Source of the DNA: Chiloscyllium plagiosum
Lineage: Eukaryota
DNA: 60,660 nucleotides
Assembly (NCBI RefSeq): GCF_004010195.1
Contig: NC_057749.1
Location: 12,970,137-13,030,796 of the forward strand
Reading direction: 5' to 3'
Shown here: piece after piece, positions 52,204-60,660 of the stretch
Layout: the number at the start of each line of letters is the position of its first letter
Position numbering within the stretch: the stretch's first letter is position 1
The notes under the pieces: generated by a model
The model's database searches: none
What the model was told of the DNA's origin: nothing
Seen by the model: the letters and a program-made list of their open reading frames with translations, nothing else
Position numbers and translations under genes: made by a program

Positions 52204-53817
52204 CTAAGGGGAATATACAAACATCAGTTTAAACCCAAGTACAAACTGAGATATGTGTGTGTGCGTGCCAGTAGAGGAAGGTATGCTGGTGGACTGAGGG
52301 TCTTGTGTGTGCTACTGTGTGTATACTAGTGAGTCTGATTGGTATCAACAACATGGGGTCTGCTTCTGTCTGGGTGTTTCGGACATAGCCTCTTGCTCCA
52401 GACAATGTGGAGGCCGCAGTGCTGTGGGTTTGAATTGCTTTTTGGCCAAAGAATTGAAGAAGATATAAAGACCATGGTCCACTTTTGTTTTGGTTAAGAT
52501 ATTTTAATGATCAATGATCCTGGCACCTAAGTCTCATTATAACTCCACCATCTCTAGCTTTGCACCAGTTTGAAAGCAGTGTGTCTGATCTCTTTCCATC
52601 CAAAACTGGCTTCCCTGACACTCGGCTACGTTAAAATACGTTTGCCTCAGTTCCCTCCGTTAATTTATCCCACCATTTTCCCTTGGGGATTTCATGTTTC
52701 ATTTGCTTCACACACAAAGCCACTTGATCTTTGTGTCATTAGCAAACCAACTCCTGTAGTTTCCCTTTCGCTGCTGCACGTAGCTACTCTCAGTGGGAGT
52801 TTACTGTCAGGGTCTGTGCTCCGTCTAACACCACCCTCACACACCCCAGCCCCCCACACTCCCTGCTTGTGACACAGTCAGAATCAGGCTAATTTCCACT
52901 CACTCCTTTATGACCCTGACATGACCTGCATATGTCAGAAAGATCATGTGAAAACTGTGTCAATCATGAAAGCTCACTGGCTTTCCCACCCAGCTCTGGT
53001 TGAAGGAGTCCTCTGAGTGTGTTGAGGAGATCCCTCTGACTCAGAGCCATACAGGAGCTCTGACAGTCTGACTCTGATCTGCTCCCTTACTGCTACTGAA
53101 CCAAAAACTCAAAGAACTGCAGATGCTGGAACTGAGAAGTTCAGAAGTTCTGAGAGGGGGTCATCAGACATGAAACGCTTTCTTCTGGTTTCTCTCCACA
53201 GATGCTGCCAGACCTGCTGAGCTTTACCAGCAATTTCTGTTTTTGATGCTAGGCCTGATGGGTCCTGTTTGGAGCCCAGTGTGAACTTGCAGTGGGACCT
53301 CACTGAGTGTTTATCTCTTGTGACATTTTGCTTGTGCTCTCATTGCAAAGGGGAGAGAAAACGCCAGAGGGTGGAGGTGTGAGGGAGTGGGAAGTGGAGG
53401 AAAGGACACTGGAGGCTGTGGAGATGGAGAGACAGAGGAAAAGTGAGTCTGCGATGGGCAGGTCAGTGACAGCCCCAGAAGAGAAGCTGCCCTTGAAATA
53501 AATAGTGTGCCCACCAGAGGGAGTGGCGGTTTATGAAGCAGAGCGCAGTATTTCACCTGCAAAATTCATCATGTCTCCATGGAAGGTTCTGGAAGGTTTT
53601 AGCTAAAACAGCATTGCAAACAGGCCTCATCTGAAATGGACCAGGAAAGAAACTAAAAATAATAATTGAATCAGATTCTGCTCATTCAGAACGTTATAAT
53701 CAACAAAGTGGCAGCATCACAGAATTAGAGCAAAAAAGCACATTTGATACTTTCAAAACAACATTGTGTTCTATTCCCAAAATTAAATCACCCACAAATT
53801 GTCTAAACACTTCCCTT

Positions 53818-54060
53818 TGGAGTATTTGATGGGGACAGTGTAGCGGGAGCTTTACTCTGTATCTAACCCTGTGCTGTCCCTGTCCTGGGAGTGTTTGATG
53901 GGGACAGTGTAGCGGGAGCTTTACTCTCTATCTAACCCTGTGCTGTCCCTGTCCCTGGGAGTGTTTGATGGGGACAGTGTAGAGGGAGCTTTACTCTGTA
54001 TCTAACCCCGTGCTGTCCCTGTCCTGGGAGTGTTTGATGTGGACAGTGTAGAGGGAACTC
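53818..54060 (+). repeat. ~69-bp minisatellite, about 3.5 units
   Basis: Same unit as 8373-8911. Confidence 0.92.
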
Positions 54061-54904
54061 CTAGACTGTAACGAGAGATTTTGTAGTGAACTCACATTAT
54101 TTAAGAAGGTGTAACACTGGACTGGTCCTGTGTGGGGCTGTGCTATGCTGGTTGTGTGTCAGATTAGGGCTTTGTGTCTTTTACTGAATTATTACTCAGT
54201 GTGAGGGGCAGGGGAGGGGGTCGATGCTGGGGCAAATGAATGAATGTAATCCTCTGATTCGGGGAGTGCCCCTGGGAAAGTGAAATATTGGAGTAAAACA
54301 AGCTGAGGGTGAACCTCAGAGAACGGGCGGCTTCTTTATTGTTTCACAGAGTTGGAGAGTCAGGAAGGAGCTGCAGAGTTGGAGCTGAGGTTGGAGCTGT
54401 GTCCAATTATGTGTAAACATTTGACCAATCTTACTGGCCTTGCTGATCCTTTGGGGCCTCTGGTGTAAGGATGGGAGATGTTTATTCTGAAATGGGGACG
54501 AGTGAGGGTGTTGACAGTGTTGAGATTGGCTATACCCCAATGCTCACAGGTAAGGGGCAGTGAGGGAGCTGTCTGAACTCTGATCTGAGAGCCAGACCGA
54601 TTCCCTCCATCAGCCCACTATCAGAGTCACAGTGTGCAATGTAGGCTCTCTCTCTTTAACACTCTCGGCTAAGAATATCTTAACAACCATCCTAACCAGG
54701 GAAAACACAAGTCGTTACCATGACTACTGACTGCAGGTTAAATTGTTCACTTGCAACTGAAGTTAGTCCTTTCACGCAGTGTGTGAAACACAGCTCCTAA
54801 ATCTGAGCAAGGTAGAATTGTCTATCTTGGGTTTCAATGAAACACACTCAGTGATTGCACCATTAAACAGCAAACCACTTACCAGCAACATCATATCGCA
54901 ATCA

Positions 54905-55160
54905 TTGAATCCTTACAGTGTGGAAACAGGCCATTCGGCCCAACAAGTCCACACCGACTCTCCAAACAAATCCCACCCAGATTCACCACACCACCCCCAC
55001 CTTATCCCTGTAGCCTTGCATTTCCTGTAGCTAATCCACCTGCACATCTTTGGATCATGGGAGGGAACCGGAGCACCCGGAGGAACCCCACGCAGACCAG
55101 GGGAGAATGTGCAAACGCCACACAGTCACCTGAGGCTGGAATCGAACCCAGGTCCCTGGC
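54905..55160 (-). mobile_element. HE1-like V-SINE (5'-truncated)
   Basis: gggaaccggagcacccggaggaacccccacgcagac V-domain (reverse). Confidence 0.8.
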
Positions 55161-56969
55161 ACATCATCTCACAGCCATCAGAGAATGGTACTGATGAGGC
55201 TATTCAACTCATTATTACTGTACTGGGCTCTTTAAAAATCTATCGGATTTGCCCTACTCCCCCTTCTCTCGCCCCACTCCCCCTTCTCTCGCCCCACTCC
55301 CCCTTCTCTCCCCCCACTCCCCACCAAATGTTTCCTCTTCAGCTACTTTTCAATTCCTTTTTGAAAATCATTGTTGGCTCTTTAGCAGTTTGTTCCAGAG
55401 CATTACAACTCACTCCTTGAACTAAATTTTCCTCAAAAAACAGCAGTTGCTGGAGAAACTCAGTGGTCTAGCAGTATCAGGGTGCAGAAAGCAGAGGTAA
55501 GGTTTCTTCATCAGAACTGGACTTGAAAGATTAACTCTGCTTTCTTCCCATTGTTGTTGCAAGTCGCCGTCATTTTCTGATTTTGTTTCTGTAATGGAAA
55601 ATTAACATTTATTGTGAAAGCATGTCTGAAACAAAGAAGTAAGGGCCTGACTTTGCAAAACATTGCAGAAAGACAGAAAAAAATGTAAAGTTGAACCGAC
55701 AGTAAGGAATTTCAAGGATAGTAAACTATCATATCAATAGTCAAGGAATGAGAAAAACAACTCCATATGTGGAAAGGAACTCGAATGTTCCAGGCTCCTG
55801 GCCTTGAGATGTTGATAAGGAGAAGCGAAGTATAGTAGAAAGGGAATATGTGAAAGCCATCAGGCGCCCCTTACATGAGGCGTCTTGCCAATGTATCGGG
55901 TCGACTCTGCAGAGTCCAAAAATCAACTTTTTCTTTGCTCTTGCTAGCATTTGAGTCGAGTCGATTTAATTTCCACGACAGTTTCCAATCTCCAGCATCC
56001 ACAGTTCTTTGTTTTAAATTCTTCCCTGGTTCTTTTGTTAAATACCTTTCATCCATGTTCCCAGGTTACTGAGCCTCCTGGCAATGGAATCAGTTTCTCT
56101 TTATTGACTCTGTGAGAAACTTTGAACATTTGCTGCAGCTCTGTTGAATGTGCCCTGACACTGTGCTGCTGTATGTAAGGAGAGACACCTATCTCTCTCT
56201 CCAGGACAGGCTGCCCCTGTTACGCTGCTGCCATTGCATTCAGTCTGCTCTGTGTCCTCTCCGGGTACAGGACATCCTTCTTCAGGAGTGGTAACCTAAT
56301 CTGAAAAATCATACCAAATATTAAACACTCAGGAGAGGAGAGATGTTGGGCTAATATCACTGGACTAGTAACACTATATTGCCAGCTAATACACCCCCAC
56401 ACACAACTTCAAATCTCACTATGGCAGCTGCTGGAAATTCATTTTTATTTTAACTAAAGTCTGGAATATATCAGCTAATCTCATTAGTGTGCCTTGAAAG
56501 TATTGTTGATTGTTGTAAAACCCATCAGTTTTATTCATCCCCTTTAGAGAAGGAATTCTGCCATCCTTACCTGGTCTGGCCTACATGTAACTCCAGACCC
56601 ACACAAACATGGCTGACTCTGAACCACCCTCTGAAATGGTCAAGTATTCAAGGGAAGTTAGGGACCTGCAATAAATACCAATCTCACCAGTGACAGCTCC
56701 AGCTGTGTCAGAATAAACAAACAAATAGTGAGGAAGATGGTATCTTCGGATCTGATGCTTGTTTGAGGTTTAAAGAGCTGCTTTCATTCAACATGGAAGA
56801 GAGATTTCCATTTAGATAGCACCTTTCACATTCTCAGGCAGCTCCAAAGTGCTTTATAACAAAACAAGTACTTTTGAAGTGTGGTCACGTTTGTATGGTT
56901 TATCCTTCAATCTGTGCAGAGATGGCTCATGTTTCCATTGTAACAAATTTTATTTTTGCTGCTTTAGAA

Positions 56970-58225
56970 TGATGAGCTAGAATACAGGAGCGAGATAAAG
57001 TACTCGGTGGCATTGGTGTAACGATAATCATCTTTAACAAGCAAAACAAAGGAGCTGGTCATTGACTTCAGGAAGTGGAGTGGAGGGGACTGAGATGGAG
57101 ATGATCGAGACGGTCAGGCTCCTGGGAGTGACAGTCACTGACTATCTGTCCTGGACCACCCACGTTGATGCAATGCTCAAGAAAGCACAACAATGCCTCC
57201 ACTTCCTCAGGAGGCTAAGGAAATTCAGCATGTTTGTAAAGACTCTTACAGATGTACCATAGAAAACATTCTGTCTGGCTGCAACATGGTTCGGCAACTG
57301 CTCTGCCCAGGACTGTAAGAAACTACAGAGAGTTGTGAAGCGAGTTTTGAGAAGGTTTGTAGCTCAGGTTGAGGTTCTGGATGTAGATTTGCTCGCAGCT
57401 CAGGTTGAGGTTCTGGATGTAGATTTGCTCGCTGAGCTGGAAGGTTCATTTCCAGATGTTTTGGCTACCACAAACCCACCAACACACTAAAACAGCAGCT
57501 ATTGAAAGACCCTATACAGACAACATGCAAAACTAATGTCATTTACAAAATACCATGCAAGAACTGTAAACTCTATCAACAAACACATTGAGTTAGACCC
57601 CATCTACCATCCCCTGAGAAAAAGAACAGGAAATGACTCCACCACCGGACATGACATCACTACAGGAAATGACATCACCAACCCAAAGAAACCCAAACAT
57701 ATAAATAGAAAGCAGGAATTATCACTAGTGCTTTGCCTGAAGGCCCACTGAAGATGTTACCTAGTATGGTGACGAAACATCTGGAAATGAACCTTCTAGC
57801 TCAGTGAGCAAACCTACGTTCAGAGAGTTGTGAACACAGCCCAGACCATCGCACAAACCAGCCTTCCATCCATTAACTCCGTCTACATTTCCTGCTGTCT
57901 TGGGAATCACCATCATCATCAAAGGCCCCTCCCACCCTGGTTATAATCTCTTCCAACCTCTTCTGTCAGGCAGAAGATACAAAAGCTCAAACACATCAGA
58001 CCAACAAGTTCAGGACAGCTTCTTCCCCATTGTTATTAGACTTCTGATTGGACCTCTCAAATTTCAAATTCAACGTTGATCTCACTCTTTGTGGACGTTC
58101 TCTGCAGCTGTAACATTATGTTCCTTACTCTGTTCTATCACCCTAATACATTTTGTATGGTATGATCGACCTTTATTGCAAAACAAATCATTTCATTGTA
58201 ATACGGTACACCTGAATAATAAATC
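56970..58225 (+). mobile_element. Rex1/Babar-like LINE 3' fragment
   Basis: KTKELVIDFRK, RLLGVTVTDYLSWTTHVDAMLKKAQQCLHFLRRLRKF; ends near aataataaa. Confidence 0.7.
57340..57820 (+). mobile_element. Penelope-like insertion with inverted 5' pLTR, hammerhead motif and 14-bp TSD, nested in the LINE
   Basis: TSD cagagagttgtgaa at 57326-57339 and 57821-57834; SINKHIELDPIYHPLR; CTGAAGA at 57748-57754. Confidence 0.85.
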
Positions 58226-58424
58226 AACTCAGATCCATGCTCCAGTTCAGCTTTTCAGCTCCTCCTTGGGCTTCACGTACGTCCCACAGCCCCCGTCACC
58301 AAATCCACATCCAGGTTTAACCAATCAAGCACAATGACCATCAATAGTAAAAAGACTCACATAATCAAACACAAACAATTGAATTCTAAGTCTACAGCAT
58401 GCTCAGACAACAATATGACAATGA

Positions 58425-58805
58425 CCAGATCTGCTGTCCTTGTGATGTTGGCTGAGGTGGTAACTAATAGCCAGGACATCAGGGAGATCTCCCCTGTCTC
58501 TCTTTAAATTGTACCATGGGATTGTTTCCATTCAGTTGGAACATGGATGGGCCCTTGGTTTAATGTCTCAATTAAAGTCTGGATTTACCAAAATAAATCA
58601 CCTGGCAAAATTGGGAAATGTAACAGGAAGGGCAGGTAGATACAGAGGAAAGAAAGCTCTTTCTCTGTTGCAGTGTAATGTCTCGCAGCTCCAGTGATGC
58701 TGTGGAATCTGTGGGTGAGTTTGATATTTGAAGTTTGTTGAGTGTAATGTGAGAGGGAGCCACCCACACAATGGAACTTCTCCATCTGCTCCTACCTGAG
58801 CCTTT
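58425..58805 (-). mobile_element. Ancient DeuSINE (SacSINE/AmnSINE-like) relic
   Basis: gccaggacatcagggagatctcccctg..ccatgggat..cttggtttaatgtctca resembles the reverse Deu-domain (from recall). Confidence 0.55.
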
Positions 58806-59361
58806 GTCTCAGGGGAGATAAGTCTGACATTGGGGTTGATTCAACCCATGCCCCTGGAGGGTATTGGTTGGTGCTATCGCAATTCATTATCTTAATTAAA
58901 ACAAGTTTCTAAATATATCAGGATGTGAATTTGTGTATTTGTACTCTGTTCACACTGAACAGTTTGGAAATCACTACAGTATTCTCAAGAGAGGGTTGAG
59001 ACATATGGAGCATGTTCACAGGAAGATAGTGGGAAATGCGTTTAACAGAGACTGGGAGGTGGGGGAGGCGGAAAGGATTGAAAAACACAAATACGTCAAA
59101 ATCTGTAACAGGAAAAGACCTATGTTTCGCACCTTGTCATTACCCAAACATTGGGAGGGAGAGTTACTCCGTATCATTATTGCCGCATTATTGCAGCCCA
59201 ACTCAGAGCCTACCCTCAGCTCATACCCCATCCCAAACACATTCCAAAATGGCGGCAGAGTAGGACACTTCAACTGGAACCCATCCGCTCCGTCTGTATC
59301 CTTCTCTTCTTTTCTTTCTCTCTCTTGGTGTTTCTTTTCTTCCTTCTCTTGACTCTCGGCC

Positions 59362-59657
59362 TCAGCACGGACCCAGCGAGGCATCCTCGTGACCTGGCCC
59401 GGTCCGTGGCATGTCTCCTCCCAGTCTCTTGGCCTGGCGTGGCAGTGTCTCAGTGTCTGAGTGGGTCCTGCGTGGAATGTTCTGGAGGCAGTGGGGGGAG
59501 AATGGGGGGGGGGCGACGGCAGCTTCAGCAGCAGCGATGGCATTGCAGTCCAATGTGGAAAGAGCGAGTGGTGAGGCAGCGGCATTGGGAGCAGGCAGCT
59601 GAGATCTCCCGGAGGGTGAGCTAAGTGGAGGACTCATCAAACCAGTGCCAGGAACAA
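59362..59657 (-). CDS. Candidate terminal coding exon of an unidentified minus-strand gene
   Basis: atgacag| acceptor, then a non-repetitive GC-rich frame VPGTGLMSPPLSSPSGRSQLPAPNAAASPLALSTLDCNAIAAAEAAVAPPPFSPHCLQNIPRRTHSDTETLPRQAKRL..GPC*, followed by repeat-free UTR-like sequence; no family recognised. Confidence 0.3.
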
Positions 59658-59744
59658 CTGTCATGTTAACGTGAGGGTGACCCGGTGGTTATCACTGCTA
59701 CCTCACAGTGCCAGGGACTCAGGTTCAAGATCACCCTTAAATGG

Positions 59745-60150
59745 ACTTTTTTTCCCTAGAACATGAGGGGTTGAGGGGTGACCTTATAGGGATTTATAAA
59801 ATCATGAGGGGTGTGGATAGGATAAATAGACAAGGTCCTTTACCACCAAGGTAGGGGAGTGCAGAAGTGGAAGGCAGAGGTTGAAGATGAGAGGGGAAAG
59901 ATTTAAAAGGGTCATGAGGAACAATGTTTTTACACAGAGAGTGGTTAGTGTGTGGAATGATGTGCTAGAGGAAGTGGTAGTTAGTACAGTTACAATATGT
60001 AAAAGACATTTGGCCATTGACATGAATAGGAAGGGTTTAGAGGGAAATGAGTGAAATATAGGCAAGTGGGACTAGATTAGTTTGGGAAACTTGGTCAACA
60101 TGGACGAGTTGGGCCGAAGGGTCTGTTTCCGTGCTGTATGACTGTATAAG
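59745..60150 (+). mobile_element. CR1 3' fragment
   Basis: ggggtgaccttatagggatttataaaatcatgaggg; CR1 3' UTR. Confidence 0.85.
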
Positions 60151-60244
60151 GACTTCAATGTGAACTATTAACTTATTTCTTTATTTTTCTACTTATTCTA
60201 TGAAGGTAATGCTTAACGTTTTGAACGTTGTTTCTTTTACTACT

Positions 60245-60660
60245 TAGAACATAGAACATAGAACAGTACAGCACAGAACAGGCCCTTCAGCCCACGATGT
60301 TGTGCTGACCATTGATCCTCATTTGTGCACCCTCAAATTTCTGTTCCATATGCATGTCCAGCAGTCTCTTAAATGTCCCCAATGACCTTGCTTCCACAAC
60401 TGCTGCTGGCAACGCATTCCATGCTCCCACAACTCTCTGTGTAAAGAACCCGCCTCTGACATCCCCTCTATACTTTCCTCCAACCAGCTTAAAACTATGA
60501 CCCCTCGTGTTAACAATTTCTGCCCTGGGAAATAGTCTCTGGCTATCGACTCTATCTATGCCTCTCATTATCTTGTATACCTCAATTAGGTCCCCTCTCC
60601 TCCTCCTTTTCTCCAATGAAAAAAGTCCGAGCTCAGTCAACCTCTCCTCATAAGATAAGC
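60245..60660 (-). mobile_element. CR1 3' fragment with (tagaaca)n tail
   Basis: LGLFSLEKRRRRGDLIEVYKIMRGIDRVD..RVVGAWNALP. Confidence 0.9.

Noticed and set aside
59016..59585. 189-aa minus-strand ORF
   Set aside because: Runs through a purine-rich low-complexity tract and UTR-like sequence; it is an alternative frame of the candidate exon with no extra support.

Overview
Eukaryotic vertebrate genomic DNA with seven N-gaps. The repeat landscape (CR1/HER1-type LINEs, HE1-like V-SINEs, DeuSINE relics, Penelope-like elements, 69-bp and 33-bp minisatellites) points to a shark; this is inference. Two convergent spliced genes are reconstructable exon by exon. SNX22 (+) has coding exons 2-7 at 3478-17813; its exon 1 was not found and is probably upstream of the window. 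PPIB/cyclophilin B (-) is complete, with 5 exons encoding 216 aa at 18662-22724. The SNX22-PPIB pair matches the human arrangement. The most interesting hidden signals are RNA-level: (1) two tandem H/ACA snoRNA paralogues in PPIB introns 3 and 2 whose pockets base-pair U6 snRNA around U31/U86 (SNORA79/ACA65-like), one intact and one missing its 5' upper stem; (2) many minimal hammerhead-ribozyme motifs in Penelope-like elements and in short, TSD-flanked, often fold-back non-autonomous derivatives, one sitting beside a captured copy of a PPIB splice junction. The region 23.5-60.6 kb is mostly repeats, including a 4.7-kb 20-bp satellite that produces spurious long ORFs. It also holds weak candidates for an unannotated minus-strand transcript and a terminal coding exon.
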